Assembly: GCA_963666985.2 (NCBI GenBank) | Contig: CAXXIA010000002.1 | Location: forward strand, 3,040,001 to 3,104,000 | From: Spirochaetia bacterium | GTDB taxonomy: Bacteria; Spirochaetota; Spirochaetia; DSM-2461 | Direction: 5' to 3' | DNA length: 64,000 bases | Shown: piece after piece, positions 29,756-38,916 of the stretch | Position numbering within the stretch: position 1 is the stretch's first letter | Layout: each line of letters begins with the position of its first letter | Translations under genes and position numbers: made by a program | The notes under the pieces: model-generated | What the model saw: the letters and a program-made list of their open reading frames with translations, nothing else | Database searches by the model: none | What the model was told of the DNA's origin: nothing

Positions 29756-31815
29756 AACGGACTTCCCGCGAATATCGGTTCTTCGATTTCCAGTCGAATT
29801 CGTGTTCCCTCGCCGTCCTGACTCATCACGGAAAATCGGGATCCCGGATAGGTGAGTCTGAGTCTTGCTTTGACATTGGGAAGACCGATGCGTCCGCCGC
29901 CCTCCAGCACTTCCCGAGGAAGTCCGGCACCGTTGTCCCGGATTTCGATTTCCAAAATGCGCGAGCCGTCTCTGAAGGTCCAGGCGCTTTCCGCGCTCAA
30001 GTGCCCGGGCCGATCCAGCGGTTCGAGGCCGTGGATAATCGCGTTCTCCACGAGGGGCTGGAGCAGCAGCCGCGGTATCACGGCATCGCCCGTGCCGCCG
30101 CGAACAGTCAGATTATATTCCAGTCTTTCGCCGAAGCGGAGTTTTTGGAGTTCCAGGTATTCGCCGAGAAAGGCGAACTCCTCGGCGATGGTGGCATCCC
30201 GGCGTCCGTCCTGGACGTAGCGGAGCATTTTACGGAAGGAGAGGATGGAAGATTCCAATGTGTCTTTTTCTCCTTTCCGGTTCAGAGCGAAAAGGGCCGA
30301 GAGGACGTTGTAGATAAAGTGAGGCTGAACCTGAGACTGGAGCGCTTCATATTCGGCTTTGCCCTTTTCCAGAATTTCCGCGTAGCGCCTGTGGTGATCG
30401 ATGGTGAGGGAGGCGAATTCGGCGAAGGTGACCATGCGGGTAATTCCCAAATCGGTGAACCCTCTCTCCTTGTCCGTGATAACGGCCGTCAGTACGGCGT
30501 CGCAGCGCTCCGCGGGTACGATGGGTACGGCGATGAGAGACGAAATACCGTTCTCCAGGAGAGGAATGGCGCCGAATCGGCGGGCGCTGTCACGGGTATC
30601 GGCAATGATGACCGCATCGCGGCCCTTGGCCGCCGCGGATGGAATCAGAGCTTCGGGATCCGCTTTCGCCAGCGGAAAAAGATTCGAGCGATCAGTCTCG
30701 GAAGATTCCGGACGGCTTTCGGCCGCGACGCCGTCTTTCATCACGGACGATTCCTCAGGGCTCCCCGAATCATCGCCCGCGATGGAATCATGTTCGGAGA
30801 ATCCTCCCGCGAACGAGACCAGTCGGAGCTTCCCGCCGGGTTCCGCCACGTAATATCCCGCGGCGTCGGCCGTTGTATCGCGAACAACGGCCTGGACAAT
30901 CAGCTCCCGGAGGGTATCTTCGGGAACCTCTTCTTCCAAAGCGGCGCCGACGCTGCGGGTCAGTCCGAGAATGCTTTCCACGTTGTCTTTCAAATCGCGG
31001 GAAAGTTCGTCAAAGCGCCGGCCCAGTTCTCCCAGCTCATCGTCGTAGTCGGGATTCAGCGGATGAGAAAAGTCTCCTCGAGAAACACGAATAAAGGCCA
31101 TCTCCAGGCGACGGATTTTCGACAGGAGATCTTTGGAAATCAGATAAATCGTCAGCATGGCTCCGGCGATGATGAGCAGGGCGATTATCAGATCGATAAA
31201 GATGGTTTGGGTTTGGAGCCGTTCGCCGTACTCCCGGTAGCTCCGGATGAAATAGTTCATGAAGCTTTCGAAACTGTTGGTGAAATAATACGAGGTTTCC
31301 TGAATCTCATTAAAAAAGGGGATGAGAGTTTCATCCTTCTGCATTCGGTTGTAGAGATCGCCTTCGTTGGTATCGATCGCCTGAACGGCGAAGAGGATTT
31401 CCTCCATGCGCGCCAGTTTCGCCAGGGCCGTGGAATTCATTCGCCTCGCCGTTTCATAGTGATCCGCCAGTTCCGATCCGGTATCGAAAAAGCGAATCGG
31501 ACTGTCCATGAACCGGTCGAAGGTTTCCATGTAGTCCTTTACCGCCTCGGTCCATTGGCGCAGCGTAACCGAGGAGCGGGGCGCGTAGGTAAGGGCGCGT
31601 ACGTGGCCGTAGAGCTGAGGGGAAAAGAGATCGAAAACCAGATCTTTCATCAGTCCCATCACATCCCGGCTTTTCACCTGAAGTTCCATGCCCAGAGAAA
31701 TGGCTTCCTGGATTTTTCGGGATCTGAGGGTGCTGTAGAGCGTGAGTCCCGTAATGGCCGCCAAAGAGGCGAGTATAACGGCCGAATACCAGAGAAGACG
31801 CCTTCTGATCGTCAT
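29752..31815 (-). CDS. YesM/LytS-type sensor histidine kinase (TM-HAMP-GAF-His_kinase-HATPase)
   Basis: LQSQVQPHFIYNVL, LLQPLVENAIIHG, RDNGAG, IGLPNVKARL; start at ATG 31815 overlaps the hipA stop. Confidence 0.88.
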   Translation of the reverse strand: MTIRRRLLWYSAVILASLAAITGLTLYSTLRSRKIQEAISLGMELQVKSRDVMGLMKDLVFDLFSPQLYGHVRALTYAPRSSVTLRQWTEAVKDYMETFDRFMDSPIRFFDTGSELADHYETARRMNSTALAKLARMEEILFAVQAIDTNEGDLYNRMQKDETLIPFFNEIQETSYYFTNSFESFMNYFIRSYREYGERLQTQTIFIDLIIALLIIAGAMLTIYLISKDLLSKIRRLEMAFIRVSRGDFSHPLNPDYDDELGELGRRFDELSRDLKDNVESILGLTRSVGAALEEEVPEDTLRELIVQAVVRDTTADAAGYYVAEPGGKLRLVSFAGGFSEHDSIAGDDSGSPEESSVMKDGVAAESRPESSETDRSNLFPLAKADPEALIPSAAAKGRDAVIIADTRDSARRFGAIPLLENGISSLIAVPIVPAERCDAVLTAVITDKERGFTDLGITRMVTFAEFASLTIDHHRRYAEILEKGKAEYEALQSQVQPHFIYNVLSALFALNRKGEKDTLESSILSFRKMLRYVQDGRRDATIAEEFAFLGEYLELQKLRFGERLEYNLTVRGGTGDAVIPRLLLQPLVENAIIHGLEPLDRPGHLSAESAWTFRDGSRILEIEIRDNGAGLPREVLEGGGRIGLPNVKARLRLTYPGSRFSVMSQDGEGTRIRLEIEEPIFAGSPL

Positions 31816-33155
31816 GCATCCAGTCCTTCGGCGGTTTTGCCGAGCATGAGGGTGATTGTGTCCGCCGTTCGCCGCGGAATGTCGAGTTCGGAGGCGAGGG
31901 AGGGCCATTCGGAGAAGGCATCCCGAATTCGTTCGATATTCAGCCGGGCGTCCCGTGCGGTCAGATCGCAATGGGATGCGAAGGCCAGAAGATCGTTCAT
32001 GGAATGCCCGGCGGTTTTACCGTTAAGGGCGGTTTGATGTTCCTTCGTCCACCGGCCGGCCGGGTCGCAGGAATAGGTCAGATCGAAAGCCGGAGAAAGC
32101 CTCCATTCTCCCCGTCTGTCCATGAGAAAACCGAAGTTCTTGCTGTGGTCGTCATGATTCACGCCGACGATATTGTACACCGCCCGGAGAAAGAGCTGTT
32201 CCATATCTTCATGGGAAAGTCCGAGGCGGCGGCAGGCGAGGGCCAGCTGTTCATAGCCGTAGGCTCCCGGCCAGTCGCGATGGGCATGGTCCAGGCCGCA
32301 CCAGGAAGCGTAATGGAGCCGGTCCGTCTTTTCTCCGGTATTGATGCGGTCGAATCGTTCAATGAGAAAATGCCGTCTCTCGCCGTCTTCGGCCAAACGG
32401 GTTTCCGGAAGATTGATTCCGGCTTTTCGGGCGATACGCGAATATGCGTATTCAACCAAGGTCATTCCCGGAGGATCGCCGCCGTCACGGTCGGCGTTTC
32501 CGGTGATGCCGTCGAATTTCAGCAGCCAGTACCGATAAGGTTTTTCCTGAACCGTATGTCCGGGGATAAACACTCCCTCGGGACTTTCGGCCACGACGGC
32601 TTTGGCTCTGGCGCCGCCGGCGCTGGTGCCCACGCGAATCAGATCCAGGGCCGCCTGCGAAGATTCCGCTTTTGAGAGGGCCTCATGGAAGGATTCGTTC
32701 TTCTTCAGAACGGCATCGGCCAATGCCGCCAGGTCTCCCAGATCCAGCGCCGTTCTTCCTGCTTTTTTTTCGAGAGGTACGAGATTCCGGGCCGGCCTGT
32801 AGGTCAGGGCCCCCATTCCCCGGTCGGCGATGTAAAGGAGGCGTTCCACGACGTTGATATCCGCCGGATTGCGCCCCTGTTCGGTGAACCATCGGTCCAG
32901 GAGGCTTGTACCGAATTTATCCGGCAGACTGTCGACGAACATCCCCGGCAATCCTCGGAATGTCCGTTCACTTTCCCGCTCAAAGGAATACACACCCGAG
33001 CGGCGCGGCATTTTCAGCGGCGCCGGTTCGATTCCTTTTGCGCCTTCAACGAATTGCTGATCGTACTCGAAAAGGGCGCCTCTCCGGCCGTCCCGTCCCA
33101 TGCCGACAACGCCGATCCGGCTGTTCCAGAGCCACACCTCGGCATGAATCATCAT
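31812..33155 (-). CDS. hipA: HipA-family Ser/Thr kinase toxin
   Basis: N-terminal HipA_N region (FEYD...APLKMP...DSLPDKFG), P-loop GTSAGGARAK, WLLKFD, catalytic NHDDHSKNF, LSPAFDL. Confidence 0.9.
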   Translation of the reverse strand: MMIHAEVWLWNSRIGVVGMGRDGRRGALFEYDQQFVEGAKGIEPAPLKMPRRSGVYSFERESERTFRGLPGMFVDSLPDKFGTSLLDRWFTEQGRNPADINVVERLLYIADRGMGALTYRPARNLVPLEKKAGRTALDLGDLAALADAVLKKNESFHEALSKAESSQAALDLIRVGTSAGGARAKAVVAESPEGVFIPGHTVQEKPYRYWLLKFDGITGNADRDGGDPPGMTLVEYAYSRIARKAGINLPETRLAEDGERRHFLIERFDRINTGEKTDRLHYASWCGLDHAHRDWPGAYGYEQLALACRRLGLSHEDMEQLFLRAVYNIVGVNHDDHSKNFGFLMDRRGEWRLSPAFDLTYSCDPAGRWTKEHQTALNGKTAGHSMNDLLAFASHCDLTARDARLNIERIRDAFSEWPSLASELDIPRRTADTITLMLGKTAEGLDA

Positions 33156-33511
33156 TCATCGCCCCATCGGAAGGTCCTTTTCCCTTCCGGATCTTCCCTG
33201 CCGTTTTTTTTCGTGCGGATTCTTCGTTTTAATCCGCCGGAATCCCTTACCAGGCTCATGGGACCGACAGGCCTCTCATAGTCCACCAGGGGTTCTAAAA
33301 GATCCAAGCGATTGAGTCCCTTTAACGCTTTTATCAGATTCGTCATGGTGACGTTTTTACCGGCTTTCAGATTGGTCCATGTGGAAGACTTAATACCGCC
33401 TTTCGTGAGAACCTCGGAGTCGGAGAGCTGAGATTCCACTCTCATTTCCTCCAGGTTCTTTCCGATCATCGAGAGAATCTCATCAACGGATATCAGTTCA
33501 ACTTCTTTCAT
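33152..33511 (-). CDS. HipB-like Xre HTH antitoxin
   Basis: Small HTH protein (IGKNLEEMR...LS..EV...GI...TW..L..G....TNLIKAL..L) directly upstream of hipA with ATGA overlap. Confidence 0.75.
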   Translation of the reverse strand: MKEVELISVDEILSMIGKNLEEMRVESQLSDSEVLTKGGIKSSTWTNLKAGKNVTMTNLIKALKGLNRLDLLEPLVDYERPVGPMSLVRDSGGLKRRIRTKKNGREDPEGKRTFRWGDE

Positions 33512-33516
33512 TAATA

Positions 33517-33581
33517 GCCAATATATCGGCAATAAAGCCGAAAATCAACAGTAAATACCAATATATTGGTATTTATTGTTG
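33517..33581. promoter_or_regulatory. Putative HipB operators
   Basis: Perfect 24-bp palindrome TAAATACCAATATATTGGTATTTA (33552-33575; extends to 36 bp with one mismatched pair) and related site GCCAATATATCGGC (33517-33530). Confidence 0.7.
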
Positions 33582-33676
33582 GTGGAAATCCTCCGCTCCA
33601 CGGGGCGAAAAAATGAATATAAGTGTGATTCCCCGCTTCTTGCGGCGGGGCGTTTTCTTGAGCGAAGGCCGCCGGT

Positions 33677-34933
33677 TTAAGAGGCGGCTATCTTGCTCCT
33701 GTAATTCTCCACTTCCCAGTCGACGATAAAACGGACGAAGCGCTCTTCCATAAGTTTCGGCCCTCCGAAGCTTTCGGAAAAAGCGCAGACTTCCAAGGCG
33801 TTCTTCAGCATGAGAACGGCGTTTTTCAGAGCTTTCTCCCCGGCCGCGGCAACCAGAGCCCCGCTGAACGCCGGTCCGTTGAAAAGGGTAAGGTTCGGCG
33901 GCTTTCCCCATCTGTTGATGTATTCACGCGCGCCCGATTCCCAGGCCGAGGCAATAACGGAGGCATCGCCTTCGGGCGTATCGGCGGCTCCGCCGAGTTT
34001 AGCGCCGCCTGTTTCTTCGCCCCGTGCCGCTTTTCCGCAGCCCGCGGACATGTTTGCGTTCAAATACAAGGCTCCCGGTCCCGAATAGACGATATGATCC
34101 GGAGTAAGGCATCCGGTAAGGGGCGCGGCGGCTTCCGCCGAAGCAAGATACATCTCCAGTTCGCCCCCGGCGGCGAAAGAAACACACGCGTCCGCGCCGA
34201 ACAAATCCCGAGCAACATCTGTTATTGCCGCGCCGTTTCCGAAAGCCTCCGTACGTTCCGCCGCCGTTAACTCGGCAGGCATTATTCCGGGCCGCCTCTG
34301 TAACCGAACCTCCAAAGCCTTATTCAAACGCTCGTATTTGCCTCGTACCTCATCGGCATCCCGCCCGCCGGCGAAAATCCCATGATTTTCCAGAAAGATG
34401 TATTCCGGCGAGCCCAGTCCCTTTACCGTTCGGTCCTCAAGCGCCAATTTAATAACATTGGCCAGCACGTATCCCGGATCGGTGTAGGGAATCCAAACGA
34501 GTTTATCGCCGATCAGTTCCGAAGCGATCCGCCGTCCGTCCGCTCCGCAGGTCAAACCGTTTATCAGGGTGGGATGAAGATGAACCACCAAAGGCCAGGG
34601 CAGAATATCGTGCAGAAGGGTTTCCACGCTCGGCCTTCGTGATTCTCCCGGAAGTCTGGCGGCCATCATATCGGCCAGGACCAAACGCTCCCGCTCGGCC
34701 ACGGCCGCGGCATCCGTTCCGGAAGGATAATCGGTTTTCCATATGGCCGCCAGTTTGGCGCGGTCCATATGGGCGAATCCTTCTTCGCCGATGGTCGCCA
34801 AAGGGTATCCCGAGGCCTTTATATACAGAGTCTCTCCGTCTTTCAGCGAAGTGTTCCCGCCTCCGGCCACCACCCAATTCGGATCGGAGCCGTATTCCCG
34901 GCTCAAGGTCACAAGATCATTCATTAAGCGCAT
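33677..34933 (-). CDS. Class II aldolase, probable rhamnulose-1-phosphate aldolase (RhaEW/YuxG N-terminal type, lacking the SDR domain)
   Basis: AGGGNTSLK, IKASG, PSVETLLH, VVHLH, LENHG, second subdomain TPDHIVY; directly downstream of rhaA. Confidence 0.8.
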   Translation of the reverse strand: MRLMNDLVTLSREYGSDPNWVVAGGGNTSLKDGETLYIKASGYPLATIGEEGFAHMDRAKLAAIWKTDYPSGTDAAAVAERERLVLADMMAARLPGESRRPSVETLLHDILPWPLVVHLHPTLINGLTCGADGRRIASELIGDKLVWIPYTDPGYVLANVIKLALEDRTVKGLGSPEYIFLENHGIFAGGRDADEVRGKYERLNKALEVRLQRRPGIMPAELTAAERTEAFGNGAAITDVARDLFGADACVSFAAGGELEMYLASAEAAAPLTGCLTPDHIVYSGPGALYLNANMSAGCGKAARGEETGGAKLGGAADTPEGDASVIASAWESGAREYINRWGKPPNLTLFNGPAFSGALVAAAGEKALKNAVLMLKNALEVCAFSESFGGPKLMEERFVRFIVDWEVENYRSKIAAS

Positions 34934-34937
34934 ATCA

Positions 34938-36194
34938 TCAGTTCCTTTTTGAAAGGACATCCTTTTCATACGCGTGTACCGCCTCTATCAAACCGGCATC
35001 CGAAACAACGCCTGATTCTTCGCAGAAACGATTCCAAACGGTGCCGAAGGGAAGAGTCTTGGAGCGTTCCAGGAGCGCCAGCCGGGCAAACGCGTCACCG
35101 GCCAGATCATATCGGATCAGCGATTCATGCGGTTCCAGGAAGGCGGCCAAGAGACCCTTAAGCGCCGAGCGGGCGCCGATGGCGTAGGCACCGACGCGGT
35201 TCATCGTGGCGTCGAAGAAATCCAAACCGATATGCGTATCTTCAAGACGCCCGCAGCGTACCAGCTCCCGGGTTAAATCGGCGATATCGTCGTTGAAAAT
35301 CACCACATGGTCCGAATCCCAGCGGACCGGCCGGCTCAGATGCAGCATCAGCTCATCGAAAAAGAGGTACACCGAAGAGAGCTTATCCGCGACCGATTCG
35401 GTGGGATGAAAATGCCCCATGTCCAGAGTAACCATCTTGCCGCGGCTGAGCGCGTATCCCATGTAGAACTCGTGCGAACCCACCACGTAGGATTCGCTGC
35501 CGATGCCGAAAAGCTTGGTTTCCACCGCGTCTTTCATGTGCCCGGCCGGATATTCGGGAGCCATCAGGGCATCCAGGGAATCCTTCAGGCGGGCCCTATA
35601 GCCCAGCCGGTCCACCGGAATGTCCTTCGCGCCGTCGGGAATCCAGGTATTGCAGATACACGGAGTGCCCAGCTCCCGGCCGAACATGTCCGACACTTCC
35701 CGGCTTTTCTTTCCATGCTCCACCCAAAAGTCCCGGATGCCCTTATCGGGGTGGGAAAGGGTGAATCCGTCTTCGGCTTTCTGATGACTGAAGAATGTGC
35801 CGTTGAAATCCGCGCCCAGAGCGCGCTGTTTCAGCCAATCGGCCCATCCGGTGAAATGTTCGGGCCCGATGGCGTCTCTGTCGACGAACTTCCCGCCGAA
35901 TTCGCCGTAGCTCATATGCAGGGCCAAACGGTGCTTCCCGGGAATCAGGGAGTAAACCTTATCCAAATCCGTCCGCATCTCCGCGATTGTGCGGGCCTTC
36001 CCCGGATAATTCCCGGTTACCTGGATACCGCCGCCCGAGAGCTCCGCGCCCGGTTTTTCAAATCCGCCGACATCGTCAACCTGCCAGCAATGCAGCGACA
36101 GGGATATTTTTTTCAAAGCCTCAAGAGCCGCATCAACGTTTACACCCAGCGCCGCATATTGCTCCTGGGCATCTTTATAGACCGATTCGTTCAT
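34938..36194 (-). CDS. rhaA: L-rhamnose isomerase
   Basis: SLHCWQVDDVGGFE, TGNYPGKAR, VETKLFGIGSESYVVGSHEFY, GHFHPTE, SRPVRWDSDHV, GLDFFDA; GGAGG RBS. Confidence 0.95.
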   Translation of the reverse strand: MNESVYKDAQEQYAALGVNVDAALEALKKISLSLHCWQVDDVGGFEKPGAELSGGGIQVTGNYPGKARTIAEMRTDLDKVYSLIPGKHRLALHMSYGEFGGKFVDRDAIGPEHFTGWADWLKQRALGADFNGTFFSHQKAEDGFTLSHPDKGIRDFWVEHGKKSREVSDMFGRELGTPCICNTWIPDGAKDIPVDRLGYRARLKDSLDALMAPEYPAGHMKDAVETKLFGIGSESYVVGSHEFYMGYALSRGKMVTLDMGHFHPTESVADKLSSVYLFFDELMLHLSRPVRWDSDHVVIFNDDIADLTRELVRCGRLEDTHIGLDFFDATMNRVGAYAIGARSALKGLLAAFLEPHESLIRYDLAGDAFARLALLERSKTLPFGTVWNRFCEESGVVSDAGLIEAVHAYEKDVLSKRN

Positions 36195-36278
36195 TTTCCA
36201 CCTCCGCCGCCCATAATAATAATTTCTTAAACGGGCACGTGCCTTGACGGAATCGTCGATTAATAGCACGATTTTGTC

Positions 36279-37289
36279 ATGACCCCCGAAGCCCGTCGAA
36301 CCTCCGCCGTTCCCATCCCGCCCACGGGCGTTCCCGCCGATACCGGCGCTTTCTCAGCCTCCCTCCGGGCCGAGAATCTTCCTCCCCACGCCGCGTCCTG
36401 CATAAGCGGCCCCTCCGTCGGCTGCCGGACTCCTGAGTTCAACATCGAACCCGAAGACGTTCTTCTTCCGCCCGGAGATCCGCTGAAAATCATTCGCCGC
36501 GAACCGCAAATTCCCTATCCGCTTCATACCCACAGCTTCGCCGAATTGGTCCTCATCACATCCGGAACGGGAGGACACCGCGTTGAGGACGGCCTGGTTC
36601 CCGTCGGCGCCGGGGATGTTTTCGTTATTCGGGGAGAAAAAGCGCACGGTTATGAAAAACTGAAAGATCTTTATCTCATCAATGTTCTTTTTCAGCCCTC
36701 CCTCTTGGAATATCCCATGCAGGACTTAACGAGACTGGCCGGATTCCACGCTTTGTTCTCTTTGGAGCCGCAATGGCGCGACGGAGGAGAAACGGTCCAT
36801 TTGCACCTGGATGCCGGACGTCTGGATGCCGCGCTAACCCTTGTGGAGCGCATTGAAAGTGAACTCCGTGTCCGAGAGGAAGGCTATCGCTTCATGGCCG
36901 CGGCTCATTTCCTTCGCCTGGTGGGGGAGCTTTCCCGGTGGTATTCGGGCGCCTCCCATCCCGGAGCACGCCGGCTTTTCCGGATCGGCAAGGCCTTGAG
37001 CCTCATGGAGCACCGTTTGGAGGGCCCCATTACATCCGAAGAATTGGTCTCATTAACTGGTCTTTCCATCTCAACGCTGAACAGAGCCTTTCACCGGGCC
37101 GTGGGACTCTCTCCTTTGGCCTATCACATGCGGCTGCGGCTCCGCCGGGCCGGAGAAGTGCTGCGGAGTACGGATTTGAGCATCACGGAAACGGCGGGGC
37201 GCTGCGGTTTCGACGATGCGAACTACTTTGCCCGGTGCTTTAAGAAAACGATGGGCTGCTCTCCCCGGGAATACAGGGAACGAAACTGA
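36279..37289 (+). CDS. AraC-family regulator, RhaR/RhaS-like
   Basis: Cupin sensor RREPQIPYPLHTHSFAELV, GFHALFSLEP, C-terminal GFDDANYFARCFKK; divergent from rhaA; exact start uncertain. Confidence 0.85.
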   Translation: MTPEARRTSAVPIPPTGVPADTGAFSASLRAENLPPHAASCISGPSVGCRTPEFNIEPEDVLLPPGDPLKIIRREPQIPYPLHTHSFAELVLITSGTGGHRVEDGLVPVGAGDVFVIRGEKAHGYEKLKDLYLINVLFQPSLLEYPMQDLTRLAGFHALFSLEPQWRDGGETVHLHLDAGRLDAALTLVERIESELRVREEGYRFMAAAHFLRLVGELSRWYSGASHPGARRLFRIGKALSLMEHRLEGPITSEELVSLTGLSISTLNRAFHRAVGLSPLAYHMRLRLRRAGEVLRSTDLSITETAGRCGFDDANYFARCFKKTMGCSPREYRERN

Positions 37290-37460
37290 AAGCGGCCGCG
37301 GCTGAAAATACACCTGCCGATTGAATCAAAATCGACGGACCATCCGCAAATCCTCAAAGCGGGGCGATAAGGGCGATAGGAGCGGAACATCAACAATCCC
37401 GCGAAGAGGCCTTTCCATAGAACCTCTCGGTAAATGAAAGCGGCAACCCGGAGGTTGCCC

Positions 37461-38803
37461 GGTACGGGTTCAGGACATCGTTTACACGAGAGTACCAGGA
37501 CATCCTTTACACGACAAGAACTAAAATGATCAGCACTTTCCCTTATCGAGGTGCTGGTTATGCCGTGGAAGGAGACCAATATTATGGACGTCAAATTCGA
37601 GTTCGCCCTCAAGGCCATGGATCCCCATGTCTGTATGAAAGACCTCTGTGCTGAGTACGGGATCTCCCGGCCGACAGGCCTTAAATGGAAAAACCGGTTT
37701 ATCCAGGAAGGGCTCGCCGGGTTGAAGGAACGACCCCGTAGACCTCGCAGCAGCCCCAACCAAACGCCTGAAGACGTTATATGCGGTATTATCCGGATCA
37801 AGACGTTGCACAACTCCAGCTGGGGGCCAAAAAAGATTCTCGAGATCTACCAGAAGACCCATCCTCATAATAATCCCCCAAGCCTCACCACCGTCAAACG
37901 CATCCTTGATAAAGCAGGACTGGTTCATCATCGAAAGAAACGGCAGCAGACCAAAGGCAGCCGAATCCAAACACATCTGCAGGCCAAAGCCCCTAATGAT
38001 ATCTGGACGGTCGACTTCAAAGGATGGTGGTACACTCCCGATAATGAAAAGTGTGAACCTCTGACGGTTCGGGATGAATACTCCAAATACATCTTCACCA
38101 TCAAAGCTCTCCAAAAGGCTGACACACAAGAAGTTAGAACAGAGTTCGAAAAGCTCTTTTCTCTCTATGGAATCCCTCGGGTAATCCGCTCCGATAACGG
38201 ACCACCCTTTGCTTCCATGAAGGGATTACTCGGACTCACCCGCTTAAGTGTTTGGTGGCTGGCCTTGGGAATTGAACTTGATCGCATCACTCCAGGAAGG
38301 CCTTGTGAAAACGGAGGGCATGAAAGAATGCATGCCGATATCAAACGCGAATTGCAGGGACAGATTCAAGGGAACCTCTCAGAACATCAGGCACACTTTG
38401 ATGTTTGGAGAAATCAATTCAACAGTGTTCGTCCGCATGAAGCTCTCAAAATGCAGACTCCCGGAAGTATTTACACAAAGTCCAATCGGCCTTTCCCTCC
38501 TCGAATCCCTCAGGTGATCTACCCGGCCGGGTATCTGGTGAGAATGGTGAATAATCGGGGAGCCGTTACTATCGACAGGCATAGAGTCTTTGTCAGTTAT
38601 GTCTTTTCAGGATACCAAGTTGGACTTCGGGAGAATGAGGATGAGAGCTTCACCGTATGGTTTGACAATCTCAGATTGGGAGAAATTGATTTGAAAACCT
38701 ATGCCTTTCTCCCTTCAGTTGATGGATTCAAATGCTTCGTTTAAGCTTGTTTTGTGTAAACGATGTCCTGAACCTAAAATGTAAAGGATGTCCTGGTCGC
38801 TCA
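37461..38803 (+). mobile_element. IS481-family insertion sequence
   Basis: Transposase flanked by inverted arrays of CAGGACATCSTTTACA (37471, 37496; reverse copies at 38755, 38780). Possible GCCC target duplication (37457-37460 / 38804-38807). Exact ends uncertain. Confidence 0.85.
37560..38744 (+). CDS. IS481-family DDE transposase
   Basis: MPWKE start, HTH, WTVDFKG, RSDNGPPF, ENGGHERMH, RPHEAL. Confidence 0.92.
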   Translation: MPWKETNIMDVKFEFALKAMDPHVCMKDLCAEYGISRPTGLKWKNRFIQEGLAGLKERPRRPRSSPNQTPEDVICGIIRIKTLHNSSWGPKKILEIYQKTHPHNNPPSLTTVKRILDKAGLVHHRKKRQQTKGSRIQTHLQAKAPNDIWTVDFKGWWYTPDNEKCEPLTVRDEYSKYIFTIKALQKADTQEVRTEFEKLFSLYGIPRVIRSDNGPPFASMKGLLGLTRLSVWWLALGIELDRITPGRPCENGGHERMHADIKRELQGQIQGNLSEHQAHFDVWRNQFNSVRPHEALKMQTPGSIYTKSNRPFPPRIPQVIYPAGYLVRMVNNRGAVTIDRHRVFVSYVFSGYQVGLRENEDESFTVWFDNLRLGEIDLKTYAFLPSVDGFKCFV

Positions 38804-38916
38804 GCCCCGAATCGGTTCTTCCTTAATACGTCCCGCGGCCCGCTTGCCGTTTAATAAGGATTGTGAAAGTCTCCGTAACCTGGCTGAACACCGTATTGTT
38901 TCGCGAACCGGGGAGG

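Noticed and set aside
30001..32037. 678-aa plus-strand ORF (and similar long ORFs at 19189-20445, 47386-48741, 49032-50114)
   Set aside because: Antisense to well-supported genes; no recognisable motifs; expected in GC-rich DNA
37290..37460. Possible riboswitch or ncRNA downstream of the AraC gene
   Set aside because: Only short hairpins; no recognisable aptamer consensus and no downstream host gene to regulate
37467..37511. Direct repeats resembling a mini-CRISPR
   Set aside because: Only two units with 9-bp spacing, mirrored at 38755-38795; these are IS ends and there are no cas genes
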